In this document: positions 54,794 through 64,000 of the stretch, piece after piece
How positions within the stretch are numbered: position 1 is the stretch's first letter
How the letters are laid out: every line of letters starts with the position of its first letter
NCBI GenBank assembly: GCA_964512925.1
Contig: CAZEKH010000002.1
Location: 57,831-121,830 of the forward strand
Source of the DNA: an uncultured Candidatus Saccharibacteria bacterium
GTDB taxonomy: Bacteria; Patescibacteriota; Doudnabacteria; UBA920
Length of the DNA: 64,000 nucleotides
Direction: 5' to 3'
Translations under genes and position numbers: made by a program
Notes under the pieces: generated by a model
Told to the model about the DNA's origin: nothing
Database searches by the model: none
The model's input: only the letters and a program-made list of their open reading frames with translations

Positions 54794-56113
54794 ATGGCAA
54801 CGATAACAATACAAAAAGGTCAAACCTTATCGGGAATCGCCAAACAGCAAGGCACGACAGTCGATGCTTTGATGAAAGCAAATCCGACCATCAAGAATGC
54901 GAATTTGATCTACGCTGGATCAGCATTGAATTTGCCGGAAGCGCCGAAACCCGTTGTTGCCCCGGGGGCGAGCGGTTCTGCCCCGGTTGCACCCGTGACA
55001 CCTTCTACGCCGGTTGCGACCCGTGTTGACCAAATTTCGAGCCCGGGGGCGAGCCCTGTGCCAGCAAAAAGCACCCTTTATGGCGCTGAAGTGCCTTCTT
55101 CGACTTCTTTGCTACAACAATACCGATCATCGCTCGGACTCGATACTGCCCTCAAAAGCATGCAGGATAGCCAGACTTCCTACCTCGACACTCTCAAGAA
55201 TTTGCCGAAAAAATCTGATCTTTATAAAACCGAACGAACCAATCGTGGCATTGATCAGATGCAGACAAATTTGCAGAGCTTGGATGACCGACTGGCGACA
55301 ATGGAAAACTCTATCAATGATTCCGAAAAAGATATCCGTGACCGAATCATCAAAAGCGGAGGCATGGTGACCGAAAGCCAGACGCAAAGATTAGTCGCTT
55401 CCGAAAAGAATCCTCTCGTCGAGGAATATCGAAAGTTGCTCGATGAACGCAATCGTCTAGCCGAAAAAATGGGAGTAGCTGATGCGGCGGCAAAAGATGC
55501 GGCCGGCATGGCATATGAGGATTCAACGCTTCCACTCACGGTTGCTGAAAAAACAATGGGATTCCAAAAAGACCAATACTCAGTTCTCGGCGATCTCTTA
55601 AGTCAGGTATTCGGCGCATCCGAAAAAGATGTGGCAAACATAATCGATTCAGCCAAGTACGGCAAAGAGCAGGAAAAGAAAGATGCTCAAGAAGTGATCG
55701 ATCGGGCAATCAAACTCGCAGACCTAGCAAACAGCACACCGGCCGGAACTTCCTACAACATCGGCGGAACGACAGTGGTCGGGAAAAAGACTTCCAGCGG
55801 ATCTGGTGATGGATCAACGGGAGATGTAGAAGCATACGCTCTCGAACTGCTCAACAATCCAAACTTCTCAATTGCCAATGTGCCACAGAACATCCGAGGT
55901 CAGGTTCTGGCCAAGAGAGATCAAATAGTGAATGACGCCAATCAGGCAGACGAAGCGGCGGCCGCTTCTCAACCAAGTCAGCCGCCAATAACCGCACATG
56001 ACTTCGGTGCCGGAGTTAAAGATGTGTTCACACAAAAGATACCGAGCCTTGCAAAAGCCGGATACACCGGAACCAAGAATTTCTTCAAGGGCTTGTTTGG
56101 CATCGGAAATTAA
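54794..56113 (+). CDS. LysM-domain protein (peptidoglycan-binding; virion-associated or lytic accessory)
   Basis: N-terminal LysM (TIQKGQTLSGIAKQQGTTVDALMKANPTIKNANLIYAGSALNLP). Low-complexity linker. Confidence 0.6.
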   Translation: MATITIQKGQTLSGIAKQQGTTVDALMKANPTIKNANLIYAGSALNLPEAPKPVVAPGASGSAPVAPVTPSTPVATRVDQISSPGASPVPAKSTLYGAEVPSSTSLLQQYRSSLGLDTALKSMQDSQTSYLDTLKNLPKKSDLYKTERTNRGIDQMQTNLQSLDDRLATMENSINDSEKDIRDRIIKSGGMVTESQTQRLVASEKNPLVEEYRKLLDERNRLAEKMGVADAAAKDAAGMAYEDSTLPLTVAEKTMGFQKDQYSVLGDLLSQVFGASEKDVANIIDSAKYGKEQEKKDAQEVIDRAIKLADLANSTPAGTSYNIGGTTVVGKKTSSGSGDGSTGDVEAYALELLNNPNFSIANVPQNIRGQVLAKRDQIVNDANQADEAAAASQPSQPPITAHDFGAGVKDVFTQKIPSLAKAGYTGTKNFFKGLFGIGN

Positions 56114-56119
56114 AACGCT

Positions 56120-58978
56120 ATGGCTTACATCAAAGACCCCACAACTGGAAAATACATACGAACCGACTCAGTGCCGGCGGCTAAACCGATCGTGCCTATA
56201 AAAACATCTGTGCCAGGTTCTTCCGGATCAGTAATGAAGTACGGTAAAGATTCCAGCGGAAAATACACGATGATGCCGAGCGACTCCTCCACTCCTGCCG
56301 GTAAACCGAAAGTGACAACGCTGGCCGGACTCCAAGATTACGCTACCTCGCAAGGCATCGACGTGTCACAATCACAGCCGAAAGAATCTCTCCTGCAACG
56401 ACTCCTCCACTTACTGAACACTGGTGCGTATGCCGTGGGAGGAGTTATCAGCGGAAAAGGAATTATAAAAGGCATTCAGGAACACACTCTGCCATCCGAA
56501 GCTCTTGGCATAAAAAATCCAATCGGCGGATTTATTGCCGACGTGTTGCTTGATCCGACAACGTACATCACGTTCGGCTACGGGGCCGAAGCGAAACTTG
56601 CTACCAAAGCCGGTGAAGTGGCATTGAGCAAAGCCGGAACGACTCTCCTCAAGGATTCAATCTTAAAGCTCGGGGAGGAAGCCGGACGAAAAGCCATGGC
56701 CACCAAAGTGCTTGAGGAGGGCGGCGAAAAGTTCTTGGCCAAAGATGGTCTCAAATTCATGGGCAAACAGATACTGCCTCGAGCTGTTGTGACCGCACCA
56801 TTCAGAGCCGCCGATACGATCGTCGAGAAAACTCCGGTTGTCGGCAAACTTTACCAAGGCGCAAAAGATTTGGCCGGAAAAGCATTCGTACCGTTTAAGT
56901 CCATCAAAGACCTGCCGGGAGGCATCGGACAAGAATATCTCGATAAATTTACTGCCTTCAGCAAAGGAACCAGAGCTGAAGTGAGTAAGGCTGTCGAGGA
57001 AGCGGCAACACTTGGCAAGAGTGCCAAAAAGGAACTCGGAAAAGACGCCGGTTCGTTTGTCGGAAAAACAATCGAGGAAATGGCCACCGGAAAACCTGCC
57101 GAGGCAGTTGCGACGGCCGCGAATATAGCAGAGACAGCTGTACCGAAAGCTGGTACTGGAAATAGTGTGATCGACAACATCATCGAAAACATCCGAGGCC
57201 AGCACAAGGACTTTGCCACCATTGAAAAAGAAAAAGGAATATTGGACACAGAGCTTCCGGATTATGTTCGGCACTATCTCACACCCGAGGGCCGTGACTT
57301 TTTGAATAAGACCGGCATGAATATCACTGCGGAATTAAACAAACCGCTTCGAGTCAAAAATCCGTTCTCAAAAACCAGACAACTCGACGGCACCATTGAG
57401 GGAATTAACAAATACTTCCAAGGCAGATACGGAGTCCAATTGTTTGAACCCGATGCGTTCAAAGCCTTTGCCGCACGTAAAGCCGAACACATCAAGGCCG
57501 TGAACACCTACGACTTTATAACCGATGTTGGAAAGCAGTTCGGCAAACAAGCAGAGGCGGTCACCAAAGAAATAAAAAATCCGATCACCGGCAAGCTCAC
57601 CACTAAAGAAACAATAAAGCCGGTTTTTGAAAACGGCATCAAATACATCGAGAGTTCAGTACCTCAACTCAAAGGAACGCTTCTGCCCGAGCAGATCGTG
57701 AAGCACGTTGACGATACTTATAAAACGCTTACCAACGAGGAAGCAACAAAAAAGTTTATCGGACTCTACGACAAGGTGCTCGGATTTTGGAAAGGATCAG
57801 TTACCGGATGGTTTCCGTCTTTCCACACCCGAAATACCATGGGCGGTATTTTCAATAACTGGATCGCCGGAGTAAAGAGTCCTGCACGATATCTGCAAGC
57901 CGACCAAATCGCACGAGGTGTCGAGGGATCGATCACCACCAAACTTGGCACCAAATATACGTATGGCCAAATCCGTGAATTGGCCACTAAGCTCGGCGCA
58001 ATAGGCCAGCCCGGATATTTGGATGTGATGCGTGAGGTCGAAAAGGACATAGGCAAAGGTCCCGTTTCCAAGCTAATGGATCTGCCTAAAAATGCGATGG
58101 AGATCGTGGAAAACCGACTGCGATTGCCGCTGTTCGTAGATCGCCTGATCAAAGGCGATGCACCAGAGCAAGCCGCAAAACAAGTCTTCCAATTCCACTT
58201 CGACTATGCACCCGAAGCCCTGACCGGCTTTGAGCAGAATGTCATGAAGCGACTGTTGCCGTTCTACCGATGGACAAGAGGCAATATTCCGCTTCAGCTC
58301 GAGCAGATGGTTAAACAGCCAGGCAAGTACGGCGCAATCGGAAAATTTATCGGGAACATCAGTAGCGACAAACAGAAAGCCAAAGAGGAATTCCCGTCAC
58401 TGCCGCCTTACATGCGAGAAGGACTGCCGATCAGACTCGGTGAGAAAAACGGCATTGCCCAATACCTCTATGGTCTGGGACTGCCGGTTGAGGACGTAAA
58501 TCGCATTTATAAAGAGAGTCCACAGAGAACACTCGCCAGTTTCGTCGGCGAACTTTCTCCACTGCTCAAATATCCGATTGAGGTCGGTACCGGACAAAAC
58601 CTCTTCACCGGTGAACCGATCACTCAAAGCAACAACGTCTATCCGTTCGTGAATAAAATCCCCGGACTGCGTGACTGGCTCGGAGTAACCGAACATAAGA
58701 ATAAAGACGGATCGGTGAGCTACCGAGGTGATGCTTATAAGCTTCACTTCCTGAACACCGCTCTTGGGAGGTTTTATACCACGGCCGGAAAACTTACTGA
58801 CGACAACACGTCTGCGGCCGTGAAATTCCTCTACGGCCTGATCGGGGCCAAAGCGAAATCGGTAGACATCGAAAAAGAAAAGTTCTACCGACAGCAAGAT
58901 GTCCGAGCACGATTGGAACAACAGCTGGAAAACAAGGGGTTGATCAATAAGTTTGAGAGCGTCTACGTTCCGAAATAA
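56120..58978 (+). CDS. large (952 aa) virion protein, hypothetical
   Basis: Gly/Lys/Ala-rich N-terminal half. No catalytic motif recognised. Position is before the lysis genes. Confidence 0.45.
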   Translation: MAYIKDPTTGKYIRTDSVPAAKPIVPIKTSVPGSSGSVMKYGKDSSGKYTMMPSDSSTPAGKPKVTTLAGLQDYATSQGIDVSQSQPKESLLQRLLHLLNTGAYAVGGVISGKGIIKGIQEHTLPSEALGIKNPIGGFIADVLLDPTTYITFGYGAEAKLATKAGEVALSKAGTTLLKDSILKLGEEAGRKAMATKVLEEGGEKFLAKDGLKFMGKQILPRAVVTAPFRAADTIVEKTPVVGKLYQGAKDLAGKAFVPFKSIKDLPGGIGQEYLDKFTAFSKGTRAEVSKAVEEAATLGKSAKKELGKDAGSFVGKTIEEMATGKPAEAVATAANIAETAVPKAGTGNSVIDNIIENIRGQHKDFATIEKEKGILDTELPDYVRHYLTPEGRDFLNKTGMNITAELNKPLRVKNPFSKTRQLDGTIEGINKYFQGRYGVQLFEPDAFKAFAARKAEHIKAVNTYDFITDVGKQFGKQAEAVTKEIKNPITGKLTTKETIKPVFENGIKYIESSVPQLKGTLLPEQIVKHVDDTYKTLTNEEATKKFIGLYDKVLGFWKGSVTGWFPSFHTRNTMGGIFNNWIAGVKSPARYLQADQIARGVEGSITTKLGTKYTYGQIRELATKLGAIGQPGYLDVMREVEKDIGKGPVSKLMDLPKNAMEIVENRLRLPLFVDRLIKGDAPEQAAKQVFQFHFDYAPEALTGFEQNVMKRLLPFYRWTRGNIPLQLEQMVKQPGKYGAIGKFIGNISSDKQKAKEEFPSLPPYMREGLPIRLGEKNGIAQYLYGLGLPVEDVNRIYKESPQRTLASFVGELSPLLKYPIEVGTGQNLFTGEPITQSNNVYPFVNKIPGLRDWLGVTEHKNKDGSVSYRGDAYKLHFLNTALGRFYTTAGKLTDDNTSAAVKFLYGLIGAKAKSVDIEKEKFYRQQDVRARLEQQLENKGLINKFESVYVPK

Positions 58979-58982
58979 TCAC

Positions 58983-59210
58983 ATGGATAAAAATTGTTAC
59001 CAAAATCAAATGCAAGATGAGCGTATCGACCGTGTAGAAAAAGCGGTCAACGAGATCAAGGACAATCATCTTGTGCATCTGCAAAACGATGTGACCAAAG
59101 TAAGCACCGACGTTGACTGGCTCAAGCGGTTCTTTTGGATCATCGCCACCGCATCGGTCGGCGGTCTTATTGGGGCACTGATCAATCTTCTAATCACCAT
59201 TAATAAATAA
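58983..59210 (+). CDS. XhlA-like holin-associated protein (coiled coil + C-terminal TM)
   Basis: Start trimmed to MDKNCYQ. C-terminal TM helix FFWIIATASVGGLIGALINLLI. Immediately upstream of the amidase. Confidence 0.5.
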   Translation: MDKNCYQNQMQDERIDRVEKAVNEIKDNHLVHLQNDVTKVSTDVDWLKRFFWIIATASVGGLIGALINLLITINK

Positions 59211-59212
59211 CT

Positions 59213-59794
59213 ATGAACATCATTCAAAAAAAGTCGTCCAATTTCTGGGTAGGACGCAAAGGATACAAGCCGGAAGCGGTTGTCATCCACATCATGGACG
59301 GCACGCTCGCCGGAACCGACTCGTGGTTCGCTAATCCGGCATCGCAAGTAAGCGCACATTACGGCATCGGCCGGAACGGCGAAGTCCATCAGTACGTGCA
59401 GGAAAACGACTCTGCCTGGCATGCTGGCCGGATTGATGCGCCGATCTGGAAGTTTATAAGACCGAACATCAACCCGAACCTGTACACAATTGGCATCGAG
59501 CATGAGGGTAAACCGGAGGATATATGGACTGCCGCCATGAAGCAGTCCAGTGCCGATCTCATCCGAGAGATCTGTGAACGCTGGCAGATTCCCATCGATC
59601 GCAATCATGTCATCGGTCACTACGAAATCTATTCCAAGAAGCCGAACTGCCCGGCAACCAACAAAAGAATCCTCGACGAGCTGGTCGCACTTGCCGGACA
59701 GCAAGTACCGGCCGCAACGCCAAACCCTACTGTCGAGGATGGTGTGAGGAAAATCGAGGAAGGGTTGGCAATAATAAAACAAATAATTTACTAA
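59213..59794 (+). CDS. N-acetylmuramoyl-L-alanine amidase (Amidase_2/PGRP-type endolysin)
   Basis: Zn-ligand pattern (HIMDG...H...), SAHYGIGRNGEVHQYV, AWHAG, HYEIY...CP. Confidence 0.85.
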   Translation: MNIIQKKSSNFWVGRKGYKPEAVVIHIMDGTLAGTDSWFANPASQVSAHYGIGRNGEVHQYVQENDSAWHAGRIDAPIWKFIRPNINPNLYTIGIEHEGKPEDIWTAAMKQSSADLIREICERWQIPIDRNHVIGHYEIYSKKPNCPATNKRILDELVALAGQQVPAATPNPTVEDGVRKIEEGLAIIKQIIY

Positions 59795-59797
59795 ACT

Positions 59798-60019
59798 ATG
59801 ACCACACCACAAAAAGAAGCCCTGAAGCATCTATTGATCGTTTTCTTCTACTCGGCGGTATCATCTGTCCTGCCGATCCTGCTGGTCTACGCCGAGCACG
59901 ACACTCGCTGGACGTTGCTGATCCCGGTCATCAACGCCGCATGGTACGCCATAACCCGATACCTCAAAGAACAGAAGCTCATCGAGGACGTGGTATCCGA
60001 AAAAGGCGAAACGCTTTAA
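59798..60019 (+). CDS. holin (2 TM, 73 aa)
   Basis: Two hydrophobic helices and a charged C-terminus. Follows the endolysin. Confidence 0.5.
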   Translation: MTTPQKEALKHLLIVFFYSAVSSVLPILLVYAEHDTRWTLLIPVINAAWYAITRYLKEQKLIEDVVSEKGETL

Positions 60020-60192
60020 TTTAGCGAAAATCCAGTCTTAATAGACCTTCTGTGCGAAAGCCGGAACCTCAAAAGAGACAGGATTTTCCTTGTAAAATAA
60101 CCTTAAACGGCGTATAATTTTATCAATACGGCCGTAGGATAAGGCCTTTAAGGCGACTACCGGTTCAAACTTCCGGAAATCGCCACCGCCAT

Positions 60193-60223
60193 AAAAACCC
60201 CAGCTTTTAAAGCTGGGGTTTTT
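60193..60223. terminator. palindromic terminator AAAAACCCCAGCTTTTAAAGCTGGGGTTTTT (copy 1 of 2)
   Basis: 8-bp GC-containing stem flanked by A5/T5. A near-identical copy lies at 61421..61452. Confidence 0.6.
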
Positions 60224-60397
60224 ATTGATTTCAGTCAATTTTATCATATTTCTAGTACATTATAATATTGTAATATAAGCCCATAAATTGCTATACTATT
60301 AACAATAATATGGTAGGCAACACAATTCCACGCTTATCAACATTCAGAAAATCGCCCAAGTACTAGGAGTAACAAGCGACAAGCTTTTGAAATAATT

Positions 60398-61246
60398 ATG
60401 ACTACACAGAATCAAACAATTACCAAAATAGCGATATTTCAGAAAAAGGAAGTGCGTAAAACGCTTCATAAAAACGAGTGGTGGTTTGTCATTGAGGATG
60501 TCGTGGCTATTCTGACAGATTCCGTTCAACCCAAAGGTTACATCAAAGATATGCGTAGGCGTGACAAGGAACTCTCCGAAGGATGGGGGCAAATTGCCAC
60601 CCCCCTTTCCATAGACACGGCAGGAGGTCCGCAAAAACTCAACTGTGCGAATACAGAGGGAATTTTTCGTATCATACAATCCATTTCTTCACCCAAGGCT
60701 GAGCCATTCAAACGTTGGTTGGCGAGAGTTGGTTATGAACGAATTGAGGAGATAGAAAACCCAGAACTTGCAACAAAGAGGACTCGTGCATTGTACAAAG
60801 CCAAAGGATATTCTGATACGTGGATTGAGAAACGAATGCGTGGTATTGAAGTCCGCGAAACACTTACTGATGAGTGGAAGAAACGTGGAGTAAAAGAAGG
60901 GCAAGAATACGCGATACTTACTGCAGAAATTTCAAAAGCAACATTTGGAATGACGCCTAGTCAATATCAAAAACTCAAAGGATTGAAACGAGAGAATTTG
61001 CGAGACCACATGAACGATTTGGAGCTTATCTTTTCTATGCTTGGAGAAGCCTCGACCACTGAAATAGCTCGCAATAAAAATACGCAAGGATTTTTGGAGA
61101 ATAAAATCGCCGAAAAAGAAGGCGGTAATATTGCGGGAGAAGCTCGCAAAAAACTTGAATTAAAAAGTGGCAAGAAAGTATCGACTGGAGAGAATTATTT
61201 ACCAAAGTCAAAAAAGAAACGAAAGCTAAAATCTAAAAATACATGA
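60398..61246 (+). CDS. DinD-like (DNA-damage-inducible protein D / Bro-N-family) protein
   Basis: The segment KGLKRENLRDHMNDLELIFSMLGEASTTEIA resembles E. coli DinD (KGLKKNQKILDHMGSTELAANLFRATQTEE), and IFRIIQSISSPKAEPFKRWLARVG resembles a Bro-N domain. Confidence 0.6.
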   Translation: MTTQNQTITKIAIFQKKEVRKTLHKNEWWFVIEDVVAILTDSVQPKGYIKDMRRRDKELSEGWGQIATPLSIDTAGGPQKLNCANTEGIFRIIQSISSPKAEPFKRWLARVGYERIEEIENPELATKRTRALYKAKGYSDTWIEKRMRGIEVRETLTDEWKKRGVKEGQEYAILTAEISKATFGMTPSQYQKLKGLKRENLRDHMNDLELIFSMLGEASTTEIARNKNTQGFLENKIAEKEGGNIAGEARKKLELKSGKKVSTGENYLPKSKKKRKLKSKNT

Positions 61247-61420
61247 AACTGACTTTTGATGAAAACTTAATGGTGAACTATAACAGTGCTTCTCAAAAAA
61301 TTAGAGTTTTGAGTGAGAATTGGATTTTGTACTACATCACAATCCGCTTTTTAGAGTTACCACATGCTTAAACGAAACCACAAATTAACACGCTCAATAC
61401 CAAACAGCTTAACACAATAC

Positions 61421-61452
61421 AAAACCCCAGCTTTTAAAAGCTGGGGGTTTTG
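61421..61452. terminator. palindromic terminator AAAACCCCAGCTTTTAAAAGCTGGGGGTTTTG (copy 2 of 2), bidirectional between DinD-like and ppsA
   Basis: Differs from 60193..60223 by two single-nucleotide insertions. Confidence 0.6.
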
Positions 61453-61485
61453 TATTGAAATGGGATTCAAAATTTTGCTTGCTAT

Positions 61486-63981
61486 TTACTTAATCCTATC
61501 TTCCGCGGCTTTGATTTTCATTGTGGCTTTTAGCACAGTGTCCGGGTTTATGGAGATGGAATCTATACCTTCTTTTAACAAAAACTCGGCAAAGTCTGGA
61601 AAGTCGGAAGGCCCCTGGCCGCAGATGCCGACTTTTTTACCCAAGCGGTGTGCTTCTTTTATAAGAATGCTAATAAGTTTTTTTACTGCCGGGCTTTTTT
61701 CATTGCCAATGTGGGCAATAAGCTTACTGTCCCTATCCAGCCCCAAAGTCAGCTGGGTTAAGTCGTTGGACCCAATAGAAAATCCGTCAAACAAATCTGC
61801 AAACTCCTCAACCAGCAAAATATTGGACGGAATTTCAGCCATTACCCAAATCTCCAAACCTTCCACCAAATCGCCGTTCTTTTTTGCTTTATGCTCTTGT
61901 TCTGTAATGCGTTTCATCTGCCCATACTTTTCTATGAGCGATACAACTTTTTTCCCCTCTTCCGGCGTTCGGCAAAACGGCACCATTACGCTTAAGTTTA
62001 AAAGCCCCATCTCTTCCCTTACCCTTTTTACCGCCTGAACTTCCAAAGCAAAAGCCCTCTCAAAGTTTGGGTCGTAGTAGCGACTTGCTCCCCTCCAGCC
62101 TATCATAGGGTTTTCCTCGTGGGGTTCGTAAATATGCCCGCCTAGGAGGTTAGCATATTCATTGGTTTTAAAATCCGAAAAACGAAGCAGTACATCAAAA
62201 GGGTAAAAAGCCGCGGCCAGCTGGGCTACGCCGTAAGCAAATTTTTCCGTATAAAATTCCACCTTGTCCGCATAACCTTTGGTTCTGGCTTCAATCTGGC
62301 TTTTGACTTTTTCATCCTGCAGGGTTTCAAAGTCCAAAAGCGCGTTGGGGTGTATGCCTATGTAGTTGGAAATCACAAACTCCACGCGAGCGAGGCCCAC
62401 GCCTTTGTGCGGCAGCTGGCAGTGCCGAAAAGACAGCTCCGGGTCTGCTGCTATCATTTTTATATCTACTTTCGGCGGAGTAAATCCGCTTAAGTCGGTC
62501 TGGTGCAAATCAAATTTCAAAAGCCCTTCATACACTCTACCCACTTCACCTTCCGCGCAAGAAACGGTTATCTCCCTGCCTGTGGTTAAAACTGTTGTGG
62601 CATTGCCGCAGCCTACCACTGCCGGAATACCCAGTTCGCGCGACACAATAGCAGCGTGGGAAGTCCTGCCGCCCGCGTTAGTTACTATGGCTGAAGCGAT
62701 TTTCATTATGGGTTCCCAGTCCGGATCCGTGATCTCAGCTACCAAAACTTCGCCTTTTTGAAACTCGTCCAAATGCGTGGCATCTTTTATGTACCTGGCT
62801 TTGCCCTGGCCTATTTTAGACCCAACAGCCGCGCCCTGGCATAAAAGTTTACCTTTTTCCAGCAAAGAATATTCTTCCAAAATATTAACTTTTCTTCTGG
62901 CAACCACAGTTTCCGGCCTGGCCTGAACAATATACAGCTCCTTGGTTTTGCCGTCATACGCCCACTCTATATCCATCGGCCTTTGGTAATGTTCTTCTAT
63001 TATCACTCCCCATTTCGCCAGCTTTAACACCTCTTCATCGCTTAAAACAAACCTCTGCCGGTCTATTTCCGCAACTAAAAATTCCTGCGTACTTTCCGTA
63101 CCGTCTATGGAATACAAAAGTTTTTTTTCTTTACTGCCCATCCGCTTGGAGATTAGCGCGTTGTACCCCTGTTTTAAAGTCGGTTTAAAAACTTTAAACT
63201 CGTCGGGAGTAACCACGCCTTTCACCACATATTCGCCCAAACCCCAGGACCCGTTGATCACCACCATATCTTTAAACCCGCTTTCCGTGTCTATGGTAAA
63301 CATCACTCCGCTCGCCCCGCGGTCGCTGCGGGCCATTTTTTGCACTGCCACTGAAAGCGCGATTTGAAAATGGTCAAAATTCCGGTCGTGGCGGTATGAA
63401 ATTGCCCTGTTGGTAAACAAAGAAGAAATGGCTTTTTTTACCGCTTCCAAAAGATCGTGATTACCACGGATGTTCAGGTAAGTTTCCTGCTGGCCGGCGA
63501 AAGACGAATCCGGCAGGTCTTCAGCTGTGGCCGAACTTCTTACAGCTACATCCAAATCCTCAGGCGGAAGTTTTAGCCGTTTAGCCATTTCCGCGTAAGC
63601 TTCCTCTATCTCTTTTTCCAAATCTTCAGGAAATTCCGCCTCCAAAATCATCTTACGGATGCTATGCCCGCGCTTTTCCAGGTCAGCCATGTCAGAAGTG
63701 TTAAGTCCGGACAACAAATTGCCAATTTTTTCCGCCAATTTATTTTCAGCGATAAAATATCTATATGCTTCAGCCGTAATAGCAAAACCAAAAGGCACGC
63801 GGATCTGCTCGCCGGGAAAAAGTTTGCTTTTAGCTTCAGTTAAATGCTGGTACATTTCCCCTAAGTTGGCATTTTTTCCGCCCACCAAACCAACATCGTT
63901 TTTTCCCACCTCGTCAAACCACAAAATACGCGCTTTTGTTTTGTCCATAGATTTTGTTTTAATTTTATTAAATCCAAACAT
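61486..63981 (-). CDS. ppsA: phosphoenolpyruvate synthase (pyruvate, water dikinase)
   Basis: 831 aa. N-terminal ATP-grasp region, phosphohistidine domain signature GGRTSHAAIVSRELGIPAVVG and C-terminal PEP-utilising TIM-barrel region. Confidence 0.9.
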   Translation of the reverse strand: MFGFNKIKTKSMDKTKARILWFDEVGKNDVGLVGGKNANLGEMYQHLTEAKSKLFPGEQIRVPFGFAITAEAYRYFIAENKLAEKIGNLLSGLNTSDMADLEKRGHSIRKMILEAEFPEDLEKEIEEAYAEMAKRLKLPPEDLDVAVRSSATAEDLPDSSFAGQQETYLNIRGNHDLLEAVKKAISSLFTNRAISYRHDRNFDHFQIALSVAVQKMARSDRGASGVMFTIDTESGFKDMVVINGSWGLGEYVVKGVVTPDEFKVFKPTLKQGYNALISKRMGSKEKKLLYSIDGTESTQEFLVAEIDRQRFVLSDEEVLKLAKWGVIIEEHYQRPMDIEWAYDGKTKELYIVQARPETVVARRKVNILEEYSLLEKGKLLCQGAAVGSKIGQGKARYIKDATHLDEFQKGEVLVAEITDPDWEPIMKIASAIVTNAGGRTSHAAIVSRELGIPAVVGCGNATTVLTTGREITVSCAEGEVGRVYEGLLKFDLHQTDLSGFTPPKVDIKMIAADPELSFRHCQLPHKGVGLARVEFVISNYIGIHPNALLDFETLQDEKVKSQIEARTKGYADKVEFYTEKFAYGVAQLAAAFYPFDVLLRFSDFKTNEYANLLGGHIYEPHEENPMIGWRGASRYYDPNFERAFALEVQAVKRVREEMGLLNLSVMVPFCRTPEEGKKVVSLIEKYGQMKRITEQEHKAKKNGDLVEGLEIWVMAEIPSNILLVEEFADLFDGFSIGSNDLTQLTLGLDRDSKLIAHIGNEKSPAVKKLISILIKEAHRLGKKVGICGQGPSDFPDFAEFLLKEGIDSISINPDTVLKATMKIKAAEDRIK

Positions 63982-64000
63982 TTTTGTTTCGTAATTTATA

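Larger units (their letters stand above)
21735..60225. mobile_element. integrated prophage (about 38.5 kb, higher GC than flanks); boundaries approximate
   Basis: GC jump. tRNA-Ser and a serine integrase at the left end, then cI/Cro, cargo islands, DGR, terminase, portal, capsid, fibres and a lysis cassette ending at 60019. A terminator lies at 60193..60223. Confidence 0.75.

Noticed and set aside
60038-60247. 69-aa minus-strand ORF after the holin
   Set aside because: It spans the palindromic terminator and AT-rich intergenic DNA. There is no RBS and the composition is unconvincing.
61364-62761. Plus-strand ORFs (224 aa, 131 aa) within ppsA
   Set aside because: Antisense to the PEP synthase gene, whose frame carries the GGRTSHAAIVSRELG signature.

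Overview
The window is an AT-rich (roughly 35-40% GC) bacterial chromosome segment. Host genes include dnaG-rpoD, msrB, an ECF sigma/anti-sigma pair, a membrane metallophosphoesterase, a YceI-like protein, an agmatine-to-putrescine/homospermidine polyamine cluster (aguA, aguB, deoxyhypusine-synthase-like) and ppsA. Small membrane proteins and tandem GIY-YIG nuclease genes are nested around tRNA-Asn. Positions about 21.7-60.2 kb hold a distinctly higher-GC (about 50-55%) prophage of about 38.5 kb. It sits beside tRNA-Ser(GGA) and carries a large serine recombinase, a cI/Cro switch with palindromic operators, and a Dam methyltransferase. The structural and lysis modules include a ParB-like protein, TerS/TerL, portal, scaffold, capsid, a beta-helix fibre, an 11-residue-repeat fibre protein, a LysM protein, and an XhlA/amidase/holin lysis cassette. 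Three cargo modules sit inside the prophage. (1) A minus-strand cassette encodes an ARC/Mpa-type proteasomal-ATPase-like AAA+ protein flanked by translationally coupled small proteins with Pup-like motifs and a CxxC membrane protein, with no PafA/Dop/20S context. (2) An AT-rich defence island holds a Ppl-like PHP-SMC ATPase in an operon with a minimal SET-domain protein and a membrane protein, plus AbiEi/AbiEii and a RadC-like JAB protein. (3) A complete diversity-generating retroelement (RT, Avd, TR and a VR-bearing target with 9/9 adenine-specific TR/VR mismatches) has an unusual gene arrangement and a target without a signal peptide. No CRISPR array or rRNA was found.
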